24,364 nucleotides of DNA from assembly GCA_017610525.1 (NCBI GenBank), contig JAFCBW010000002.1, forward strand, positions 1 to 24,364. The letters run 5' to 3'. Below are positions 9,062 to 16,938 of the stretch, in pieces. Position numbers and translations under genes: made by a program. Position 1 is the first letter of the stretch. Each line of letters opens with the position of its first letter. A model generated the notes under the pieces. That model did no database searches, was not told where the DNA came from, and saw only the letters and a list, made by a program, of their open reading frames with translations. The DNA is from Candidatus Nanohalarchaeota archaeon. Its GTDB lineage: Archaea; EX4484-52; B79-G9.

Positions 9062-11461
9062 TCACTTCTTCACCATAAGATCAAACGCACTATGATCCTT
9101 CCACCACTCATCGAGCTCCTCCTGCGATGACTTGTTCAGATTCACCTTGAATATCTTAACTTCCTGATTATCAAACACCTTCTCCACATAAGGCACTCCC
9201 GCCCCATCCATAAGATACAACTTCGTAAAGACAGACGTACCGATATCCTCAGACGCAAGATACACCAGCTTCGGCGTAATAAACACACAGTTATCTATTA
9301 TCGCCTTATCATTTGGTGGATTAAGAGGCACAAGCCCTCCGGCCCCGCATATAGACTTAACATACGCTTCCTGACCCTGCGACGTAGACAAGACAATATT
9401 ACCCTCAAGCTGGCCCGCTGGATTAACAGGAAGCCACAACGAATATGGTCCTGCCGAATATACGATAATCGACACATTCCCTTTCTCTATCCTGTCCTTA
9501 TACGGCATACCCATATAAGACTCAACCTTCCCGTCATAATTCGCGATCTTCGACATCGCAGCATACTTGCCAATCATAGAATAATCAACAAGGATATAAT
9601 CTGTATTGAACATATTCAAAAAGAACCTCTGTTGAGTCTCATTCATCATCCCTGTAAAAAATTGCGCAGTAGGCCTGTTCCGCGAACCCAGATTATTACC
9701 GCCATCCAAGTTAGTCGGCCGCTCACCCTCAGTCTGGAACCAATATCCGAAATCCCACCACGAAAGAATAATCGACCCCTCAGGCGTCTGCGTCCTCAAA
9801 AACTCCATAGAAGTATCCCAGTTCCCTGAAAACGACGGCCCAAGGTTGCCCGCAAGCACATATCCCGAAGACGCATTCACACCCAGCACAAACACAATAA
9901 GTACCCCCACACCAACCGAATAAATATTTATCTTCTCACCAAGCGACTTCGCATTCCTCATAAGCTTGCCCTTCTGCACAAACCGGATAAAATTAGACAT
10001 AAAATACCCTGCCATCAACGCCATATAAGGTCCAAGTATAAACGCAAACCTGATCTTCGACGCAAACCCAAGCATTGACGAATACATCAAAAACATCAAC
10101 AGCGCACTCAGGTGATCCTTCCTCGCGACAAGCACAACTGTCAACATAAAAGAAAATACAAAATATGCCTGCATAGAAGAATCTGGCACCCTTCCCGGCA
10201 TTTTAGACATCATAAACAGAGAATACGTGATTATGCTAACAAGACCCGAAAAAACACCTAACATGAAAAATTTATCCTTTTCCTTATATACCTTGTGCAT
10301 TATCACAAATATAGCGGCAAATGCAAACACCCATACACTCGCATAAGTAAGCAAAGGCTTCACCTGCGGAAACATTACTCCTGCATAAGGCACACCAAAT
10401 TGATCCACAAAATTGCCCCAGTGAGCATCAACATTTTCAGCAACAGTAGACTCAATAATCTCCTTGCTGTAAAACATGAACTTCTGCGTACTCATAATAA
10501 GCCTCGCAAGCGTCTTTGAAAATATCGCCCCAACAAACACACAGGCACCGCCGACAAAAAACACTAAAGGCCCAAAATACGGAAGACACCTCCTCGAAAC
10601 AAGACCATACTTTTCAACTGCAAACCTCAAGACAAGCACAGTAAGAGCAAGATAATTCATCATCGCAATCGACGAACCAGTACCATAATAAGTAACAGCA
10701 ATCAATACCACAGGAACATACGCCTTCAAAAGCGACCTTGGCTGCTTATTCACAAAACACACGACAAACACATACCCGACAAGGCCAAGCAATATCTGCT
10801 GAACGCCGCCCCAGACAGTCGCCATAATCGCTATAGAAAGGCCCGCGATAATCCCGCTCACAAGCGAATCCTTGCGTATTGCCCTGATAAAAAAATACAA
10901 CCCCATAAGCATCAGAAACCCTGCAATAGACTCCTTCTCAAAAAAACCTGCAGATGTCCGAAATATCACAGAACTTGAAACAGCATAAAAAAACGCAGCA
11001 AAGATCCCCGTAACCTTATTGTGAATCTCCTTCCCGATAAAAAATAAAGGAATAACAATCAACGAACCCATAACTGCAGGAAATATAATCGCAAACGCAT
11101 GAAAATCCATGGGAATGATACTGCTCACCAAAACATAAATCACAGCAGGAATATAAAATATCCCCTTCACCTCATTATGCGGACTCCACCCTGTAGGGGC
11201 ATACCTCAAAGAATCAACCAAAGGCAGATGAAAATTATGCTCCACAACATACTGCGTCATTCGCGACAGGTAATAAGGATCAATACCGATAAAAATCCCG
11301 AACTTAGCAGGCATAAGGCGAATCCACAGTGCAAGAACAAAAACAGCCGCAAGAGGAACAACATACCAGTACTTCCGAACTATACTGCTCCCAAAAATTC
11401 GCCGAAGATCTATCTCTTCAAAAACATCAGAACCCTCATCTGCCTTATTATTAACCATCAC
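9062..11461 (-). CDS. aglB: Oligosaccharyltransferase AglB (STT3 family)
   Basis: GIDPYY, EKE, STVAE (TIxE-like), WWDFG (WWDYG variant), DGGN and the DK-like motif DYSMIGK in a 799-aa polytopic protein. Confidence 0.95.
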   Translation of the reverse strand: MMVNNKADEGSDVFEEIDLRRIFGSSIVRKYWYVVPLAAVFVLALWIRLMPAKFGIFIGIDPYYLSRMTQYVVEHNFHLPLVDSLRYAPTGWSPHNEVKGIFYIPAVIYVLVSSIIPMDFHAFAIIFPAVMGSLIVIPLFFIGKEIHNKVTGIFAAFFYAVSSSVIFRTSAGFFEKESIAGFLMLMGLYFFIRAIRKDSLVSGIIAGLSIAIMATVWGGVQQILLGLVGYVFVVCFVNKQPRSLLKAYVPVVLIAVTYYGTGSSIAMMNYLALTVLVLRFAVEKYGLVSRRCLPYFGPLVFFVGGACVFVGAIFSKTLARLIMSTQKFMFYSKEIIESTVAENVDAHWGNFVDQFGVPYAGVMFPQVKPLLTYASVWVFAFAAIFVIMHKVYKEKDKFFMLGVFSGLVSIITYSLFMMSKMPGRVPDSSMQAYFVFSFMLTVVLVARKDHLSALLMFLMYSSMLGFASKIRFAFILGPYMALMAGYFMSNFIRFVQKGKLMRNAKSLGEKINIYSVGVGVLIVFVLGVNASSGYVLAGNLGPSFSGNWDTSMEFLRTQTPEGSIILSWWDFGYWFQTEGERPTNLDGGNNLGSRNRPTAQFFTGMMNETQQRFFLNMFNTDYILVDYSMIGKYAAMSKIANYDGKVESYMGMPYKDRIEKGNVSIIVYSAGPYSLWLPVNPAGQLEGNIVLSTSQGQEAYVKSICGAGGLVPLNPPNDKAIIDNCVFITPKLVYLASEDIGTSVFTKLYLMDGAGVPYVEKVFDNQEVKIFKVNLNKSSQEELDEWWKDHSAFDLMVKK

Positions 11462-11516
11462 ATGTCACCATAAAACATAAAACCATCGTGCTTTAATGTA
11501 CCACAAATCTTTTTAA

Positions 11517-11628
11517 ATATAGTTGATGTCGTTACTCACTGGACAAATATAGCCTATGAACCGATAGACATCAATCTATATGGAAAAGACATTGTCCAAA
11601 AAGTTATGTCTTTTACTATACTTTTCCA
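11517..11628. other. Intergenic element rich in inverted repeats (candidate structured RNA or MITE)
   Basis: 14-bp stem 11517-11530/11567-11581 with one bulge, 9-bp stem 11584-11592/11606-11614, and complementary loop segments 11540-11545/11593-11598. Confidence 0.45.
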
Positions 11629-11656
11629 TCCAAAGCACCGCACACAACACAAATTG

Positions 11657-12403
11657 CTACATCCCGGCAACCAGATACAAAATCAGCCAGATAACAGCCA
11701 CAACACCTATAGGCACCGCAACAGCAATCCCTACACTCTTCTTACCCACTTTATGCACCAAAGAAAGATTAAAAACCGCAAGAACAAACCCATAAATCGC
11801 AGGCAGCACCCAAAGGTACGACAGCGGCGCAAAAACAATAACCGACCATGAATACGCAAGCACCTGCACAGTATCAACAAAAGAACCCTTCCCATTCAGC
11901 GCCCGGATTATCATGTGAACCACACATCCAAAGACAACAAACGAAACCGAACACAACAAAACAAAATACAAAACATTGACCGCAAAATACAAAAACGAAC
12001 CACCAAAAACATAATCCACCGCAGACCTGAAAAAAGAAAAAACACATATATTCAAAAAGACATAGACTATCGCTTTCGAAAAATTCACCCCCTCCAAGCC
12101 TCTCAATTCATCAACAAAATTCACAGGATGCGCCAGCACATACTCAAACTTCTGAAAATGCACCTTGATGTCCCACTTCCCAAACTCAGCCCTGACCCCC
12201 TTAACCATATCCACCAACCGAAAGCCCTGATCCTTCGCACGAGCATCATACTCAAGAATGACACTTTCAATCAGCTCATCCACAACATCTACATTATACC
12301 CAAACTCAGCCAAAATCCCCCTCATCTTATCAACACTATACCCATCCCGGTAGCGGGAAACAATCCACTCCCTAAGTAGCCTGTCACTCAAAACATCATC
12401 CAT
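11657..12403 (-). CDS. Yip1-domain membrane protein with a small helical N-terminal domain
   Basis: HP..F.DEL followed by about five TM segments, with G.F..T..V.AYSW typical of Yip1. Start moved to MDDVL, 1 nt after the CYTH stop. Confidence 0.7.
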   Translation of the reverse strand: MDDVLSDRLLREWIVSRYRDGYSVDKMRGILAEFGYNVDVVDELIESVILEYDARAKDQGFRLVDMVKGVRAEFGKWDIKVHFQKFEYVLAHPVNFVDELRGLEGVNFSKAIVYVFLNICVFSFFRSAVDYVFGGSFLYFAVNVLYFVLLCSVSFVVFGCVVHMIIRALNGKGSFVDTVQVLAYSWSVIVFAPLSYLWVLPAIYGFVLAVFNLSLVHKVGKKSVGIAVAVPIGVVAVIWLILYLVAGM

Positions 12404-12404
12404 G

Positions 12405-12971
12405 TCACACACCGCTCCCCTGACAATCAAAAAGAATATCCCCACGAACCCCTGCCTTCCTCGCAAGATCAAAATAATTTGAAGTGATGAACTGCGCCCG
12501 GGCAAACCCCATCATCTCCGCAGTACTAAACACGTCCCCCTCATCACCCTCAATCTCCACATACAACCCAAACGGAAGCGTATCAAGGCACACCTCAGTC
12601 TTCCCTACAACCCACATCTCCCGTACCTTCTCATACACCAGCGCCTTCTCAAAACCGATTGCACACAACAACTCATGCGCCCTCTTAAAGCAAGCCGCAC
12701 ACACCTCAAACTCACCCCTCCTCTTCATAACACCTTTCATCCTCGGACCCTTAACAGTCAAAGTCACCCTCTTAAAAGACCCGTCATCTACACCGCACTC
12801 ATCCCTTAACCGAAGCCCCATATCTTCCCCCCTCAACTCCCCCGCACCAGTATCATAAAGAATATTCTTTTCACGAACAGTCAAAACATGCTTCGCCTTA
12901 ATCTTCACAAGCCTCTCCTTAACCGAAACAAACGAATCCACACAGACCTTCACCTCATTCTCAACAGGCAC
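12405..12971 (-). CDS. cyaB: CYTH-domain triphosphate tunnel enzyme (class IV adenylate cyclase-like)
   Basis: ExExK motif ENEVK, plus LRLR, TVKGP, YEKVRE and CLD...G.YVEIEG. Confidence 0.85.
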   Translation of the reverse strand: MPVENEVKVCVDSFVSVKERLVKIKAKHVLTVREKNILYDTGAGELRGEDMGLRLRDECGVDDGSFKRVTLTVKGPRMKGVMKRRGEFEVCAACFKRAHELLCAIGFEKALVYEKVREMWVVGKTEVCLDTLPFGLYVEIEGDEGDVFSTAEMMGFARAQFITSNYFDLARKAGVRGDILFDCQGSGV

Positions 12972-13904
12972 TTAAGTCCCCTCCTTCCTGCCACGCGAAA
13001 CAAGAACCCCGACAAGAGTCTCAGGCGAAAATACCCCAATCTCCGTAACAATCTCATAAATATACTCTTTCGGAGTCACATCAAAAGCAGGATTAACCAC
13101 CTTGGCACCAGTTAGCTCCCGCACACCTGCAACCTCCCTGCGCGCCCTCTCCTCAATCGGCTCAGGAAACCCAAGCGCAGTCATAGGATCATACTTATGC
13201 GTCCCGCACGCCACAATAAAAGGCACCTTATACTCAGAGGCCTCAATCGCAATCTGGTAAGTGCCAATCTTATTCACCACATCCCCCCCTGCAGTAACAG
13301 CATCCGCCCCCACAAGCACCTTCGTAGCATCCTTCATAAGGCTCGCCGACGCAGAATCAACACAATACACAACAGGTATCTTCTCAGCCAACAGTTCACG
13401 AGCAGTAATCTTCCCCTGGAAAAGCGGCCGCGTCTCCGTAACAATAACACTAAAATCCTTGCCCTGCCTCTTCGCAAAGCGCAAAATCTCAACCGCGCAA
13501 TGGCTGTGGCAATGCGTCATAACAACATCCCCATCTGAAATAAGACGCGCCCCATACTGCGCAATCTTATCAAGCATCTTCTTAGTCTCAGAAATATAAT
13601 TCCTGCAGACCGAAACAGCATACTTCCTCAACTCACCAACAGGCATCCCCTTGCGCGAAGCCACCCTGGAAACAATCAACTCCTGCCCGAACCGAAGCGC
13701 AGGCTCAGTAGGCCGAAGCCCAACAACCTCACGCGACACATTCCGCAGCTCAGAAACAAACGCACCTGAACTCCCCGCCCGCGACCCCTGCGCAACAAGC
13801 ACCAAAATCCGCGCACCAGCCACCGCCACCTTCCTCGCGCCCTGTATCTTAATGGATTTGATATCGCGCATAATCTTTTTGACCCTATCATCATTCGCAC
13901 TCAT
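12972..13904 (-). CDS. Ribose-1,5-bisphosphate isomerase (eIF2B-alpha-like family)
   Basis: IQGA, RPTEPAL, THCHS, ETRP..QG, VGADAV, NKIGT and PAFDVTP. TATA TTATAAAT at 13929-13936 favours a near-leaderless start at 13904. Confidence 0.85.
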   Translation of the reverse strand: MSANDDRVKKIMRDIKSIKIQGARKVAVAGARILVLVAQGSRAGSSGAFVSELRNVSREVVGLRPTEPALRFGQELIVSRVASRKGMPVGELRKYAVSVCRNYISETKKMLDKIAQYGARLISDGDVVMTHCHSHCAVEILRFAKRQGKDFSVIVTETRPLFQGKITARELLAEKIPVVYCVDSASASLMKDATKVLVGADAVTAGGDVVNKIGTYQIAIEASEYKVPFIVACGTHKYDPMTALGFPEPIEERARREVAGVRELTGAKVVNPAFDVTPKEYIYEIVTEIGVFSPETLVGVLVSRGRKEGT

Positions 13905-14047
13905 AACCATCCTTTTGTCCTGCAACATATTTATAACTTACAAAAACCCGCAATCAAAAAAAACCAAAAAAACAGCAGGAACTCCACACCACCCAAATAA
14001 CAACAGACCCATACTCAAAGCAAGTAACGACCCATGACCAGATAACT

Positions 14048-14096
14048 GGGAGGGTGGGGGTTAGAGGATGGACATCAACAAAGAACCAAGGGGGAA
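14048..14096 (+). repeat. Conserved intergenic G-tract motif, copy A
   Basis: 38/49 identical to 19105-19152, with all four G-tracts conserved. Confidence 0.7.
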
Positions 14097-14161
14097 ACCT
14101 AATATCAACAGCAAACACTAACAAGCAAACATTAGCAGCCAAAGAACTGCGCAAAAAACAG

Positions 14162-14737
14162 TCACCCCAACATCTTATAAATACTCCAGAACCTCTGCAA
14201 AAACGTAACAAAAGAAAGCGCAAGAATCAGATAAACAGAATAAAGAAGCGCACCGCTAAAAACACACATCCCGACCGCCCCGAAAAACAGCACCACATGC
14301 CGATCAGACCTCCCCGCAATCCCGCCATAAAACCTTTCCTTAGTAAGCGCCTGCGCCTGCGTCCCAAGATAAGACACAAGAATCAGGCAAACAAGCGTCA
14401 AAAAAACCACATCGCGCGGCATCAAAGGATTATAAGCGATCCCTACAAAAATGAAAACATCCGAAACCCGATCAAAAGTATGATCAATAAAATCCCCCCT
14501 CTTCGTCGGCTTCCACTTACCGTTCTTCGCAATCTCCCCGTCAACAATATCCAAAAAGCCATTAAGAAACAAAAAAAACGCAGCCAACAAAAACATTCCC
14601 GAAAAGAAAAAATACCCTGAAACCACAGCACATAAAAGCGCAACCGTACTCACAATATTCGGATTGACATTAACAATAAACGGCGCAACAATGCGCTTCC
14701 TCAAGCCAGGATATTTCTTCACCAACTGCACAAGCAT
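14162..14737 (-). CDS. CDP-alcohol phosphatidyltransferase (archaetidylinositol-phosphate synthase-like)
   Basis: NPN..S and the signature DIVDGEIAK...GDFIDHTFDRVSD. Confidence 0.9.
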   Translation of the reverse strand: MLVQLVKKYPGLRKRIVAPFIVNVNPNIVSTVALLCAVVSGYFFFSGMFLLAAFFLFLNGFLDIVDGEIAKNGKWKPTKRGDFIDHTFDRVSDVFIFVGIAYNPLMPRDVVFLTLVCLILVSYLGTQAQALTKERFYGGIAGRSDRHVVLFFGAVGMCVFSGALLYSVYLILALSFVTFLQRFWSIYKMLG

Positions 14738-14756
14738 AACACAACCACCCTAAAAC

Positions 14757-14996
14757 TCAAAAAATCATGAAAATTTTGGGTTAATATGAGTATTTTCAAG
14801 CTTTTTGATTGTCGATTCGTACTTCATATACAATCAAAAAATCATGAAAATTTTGGGCTAATATAAGCATTTTCAAGCTTTTTGATTGTCGATTCGTACT
14901 TCATATACAATCAAAAAATCATGAAAATTTTGGGCTAATATAAGCATTTTCATGCTTTTTGATTGTCGATTCGTACTTCATATACAATCAAAAAAT
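14757..14996. repeat. 77-bp tandem repeat, 3 units plus 9 bp, each unit made of two inverted repeats
   Basis: GTCGATTCGT recurs at 14811, 14888 and 14965 (period 77). The units differ at only a few positions. Confidence 0.95.
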
Positions 14997-15079
14997 ACCA
15001 AATAATTCTGGCAACCATTCACTCACAAACAAATATTAAAACATGAATCTTAATAAAACAAATCCAAAACACATAAAAT

Positions 15080-16105
15080 CTAACCCCATCTCCCAAGCGT
15101 AGTCTGCTTCTTCTGCTCACAGATATCATCAAGCTTGCGAAACATACTATCAACCCTCTCAGAAGAAAACCCATGCCGCACACACATAATCTCCCGGATC
15201 TTCCCTCTGTCCGCCTCCCCTTGGGTAACATCACAATCAGAAACAACCGGCGGCTTCATAAAAAACTCATGAATCTCCCGCATAGAGACATCAAACCCCC
15301 ACTCAACATTCCGCTCAAGCTCAGAAAGATTCTTGTGCTTCAAGACAAGCTTAAGCGCATTCTTAGGCCCAACCCCCTTAATCCCCCCCGGATTATAATC
15401 TGTACCGATAAGAATCCCAAGATTAACCAGCTGCTCACGAGTCAACTTCAACTCAGCAAGAACCACTGAAAGCTCAATCATCTCCGGCTTAACCTCCCTG
15501 TAGACACTCGCACCCGCAACCTTCCTCTTCCCCGAAACATTCAGGTTCCGCACAAGCCTAGGCGCCCCAAACAAAAGCGTATCATAATCACTCGAAGCAA
15601 CAGCATAGGCCATCCCCTTGCGCGCCATATAAGCTGCCTGCGCCTCACCCTCTGAGGGCGCCTCAACCACAGGAATCCCAAGCGCGCACAAAAGCTCCTT
15701 AGACTCAAGCAACATCCCATCCGTAATCTCAACCGACGCCTGTGCATACTTCTTCGCATCAGAAACCCGCCCCTCATCACGCGCCTCCTCCCACTTCCTC
15801 TTGGCATCCGCCCGCGCCTTGCGCCTCACTGAATTCGTACTCGCCTTAAACTCCGGCGGCTTGCCATCAAACACATAAACAAGACCCACACCTGCCTGCA
15901 TAAGATTAAGAGACCTGTAAAAAATCCCCGAAAGGTGGCTCGTAACATCCCCATTCTCATCCTTAAGCGGCGTCCCGTCATACTGGCGGATAATCGAAAG
16001 AAACTGGTAAAGCGTATTCAGCGCATCCACAGCAAGCGTCTTGCCACGGAAATCCTCTGCAGAAACCTCCCTTCTCGAAACAATATCAGCAATCTTCACA
16101 CCCAT
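15080..16105 (-). CDS. fen: Flap endonuclease 1
   Basis: MGV start, DALNTLYQF, VFDGKPP, APSEGEAQAAY, SSDYD.LLFG, GTDYNPGG and a C-terminal PIP box QTTLGRW. Confidence 0.97.
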   Translation of the reverse strand: MGVKIADIVSRREVSAEDFRGKTLAVDALNTLYQFLSIIRQYDGTPLKDENGDVTSHLSGIFYRSLNLMQAGVGLVYVFDGKPPEFKASTNSVRRKARADAKRKWEEARDEGRVSDAKKYAQASVEITDGMLLESKELLCALGIPVVEAPSEGEAQAAYMARKGMAYAVASSDYDTLLFGAPRLVRNLNVSGKRKVAGASVYREVKPEMIELSVVLAELKLTREQLVNLGILIGTDYNPGGIKGVGPKNALKLVLKHKNLSELERNVEWGFDVSMREIHEFFMKPPVVSDCDVTQGEADRGKIREIMCVRHGFSSERVDSMFRKLDDICEQKKQTTLGRWG

Positions 16106-16229
16106 AAGACACACCACACCAACAGACAACCTGCCAACAGATAACTATACCTAATAATACCCAAAAAAAAATATAAACATAATGCCTGCAAAAGAACAGC
16201 ACAAAAAAACAAATATTAGAAATACTTAC

Positions 16230-16493
16230 TCAAATCAAAGTAACACCGGTATTCTCCGCATCCTGTACTCCCTCAACATCGCGAAGCTTACCCTCAATCT
16301 TCTCCAGAAGTCCGCCCTCATCAGCCATAAGAACAAGCACAATCAACTGCTTCAATCCAAAAGCAATATCCTCCTGCTTCATCTCCTTAATATCACCAAT
16401 ATCAAGCTCCCTGATACGGGACTCAACAGCATTCAGATCAACCTCAACCGACTCAGGCATAACCCTGAAAGTCGCAAGCACATTACTACCCAT
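16230..16493 (-). CDS. ef1b: Archaeal elongation factor 1-beta
   Basis: VMPES.EVDL and IAFGLKQL motifs, GGTGA RBS, and adjacency to the Zn-finger gene. Confidence 0.93.
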   Translation of the reverse strand: MGSNVLATFRVMPESVEVDLNAVESRIRELDIGDIKEMKQEDIAFGLKQLIVLVLMADEGGLLEKIEGKLRDVEGVQDAENTGVTLI

Positions 16494-16507
16494 AAAACAT
16501 CACCACA

Positions 16508-16672
16508 TCAGGGTCCGACAAACCCGCACTTTTTACACGTATAATTATTCGAAGTAATCTTACACTTACTGCACCTGACAATCATCTCACCACATGCAGG
16601 GCACTTAAACTTAACCGAATGCTCACCGGGCGTAATACTGGCACCGCAACCATTACACGACATATCATCCAT
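16508..16672 (-). CDS. Small zinc-finger protein (HVO_2753/DUF1610-like)
   Basis: Four CxxC pairs ending in CGFVGP, directly upstream of ef1b as in other archaea. Start chosen by GGTGA spacing, with 16684 or 16708 as alternatives. Confidence 0.85.
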   Translation of the reverse strand: MDDMSCNGCGASITPGEHSVKFKCPACGEMIVRCSKCKITSNNYTCKKCGFVGP

Positions 16673-16740
16673 ATCTTTCACCATTAAATCAATAAAAATC
16701 ACGAACAAATCATGAATTTACTTAATATACCCCCTAAACC

Positions 16741-16748
16741 TTTATAAA
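16741..16748 (+). promoter_or_regulatory. TATA box of tRNA-Arg
   Basis: TTTATAAA about 30 nt upstream of tRNA position 1. Confidence 0.7.
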
Positions 16749-16777
16749 CTTTGCCAATACACATCCATCCATAGTGT

Positions 16778-16892
16778 GCCCTCATAGTCCAGTGGATAAG
16801 ATGCAGCCTTGCGGAGGCTGTGGCCCGGGTTCGAGACGCGAAAAAAGCAGATAAACCCTGCAAAACGCGTGAAAATCCCGGTGAGGGCACCA
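16778..16892 (+). tRNA. tRNA-Arg(GCG) with a 40-nt intron at 59/60 (16836-16875); CCA encoded
   Basis: Acceptor stem GCCCTCA/TGAGGGC, anticodon arm CAGCC-TTGCGGA-GGCTG, T stem CCGGG/CCCGG. BHB: helix TTCG/TGAA with bulges AGA and AAT. The spliced T-loop is TTCGAGT. Confidence 0.93.
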
Positions 16893-16938
16893 CACCCCTT
16901 CTATAACTTATATAAACATTAGCCCCCAATAATTAAAA

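Noticed and set aside
14048-14060. KOPS (GGGNAGGG) FtsK-loading site
   Set aside because: Neither copy matches the octamer, and conservation extends over about 49 bp.
14757-14996. CRISPR array
   Set aside because: The spacers are identical between units, the period is a plain tandem repeat, and no cas genes are present.
14757-14996. Replication origin (AT-rich, with TGAAA inverted repeats)
   Set aside because: There is no skew inversion across it, no cdc6/orc1 nearby and no convincing ORB with a G-string.
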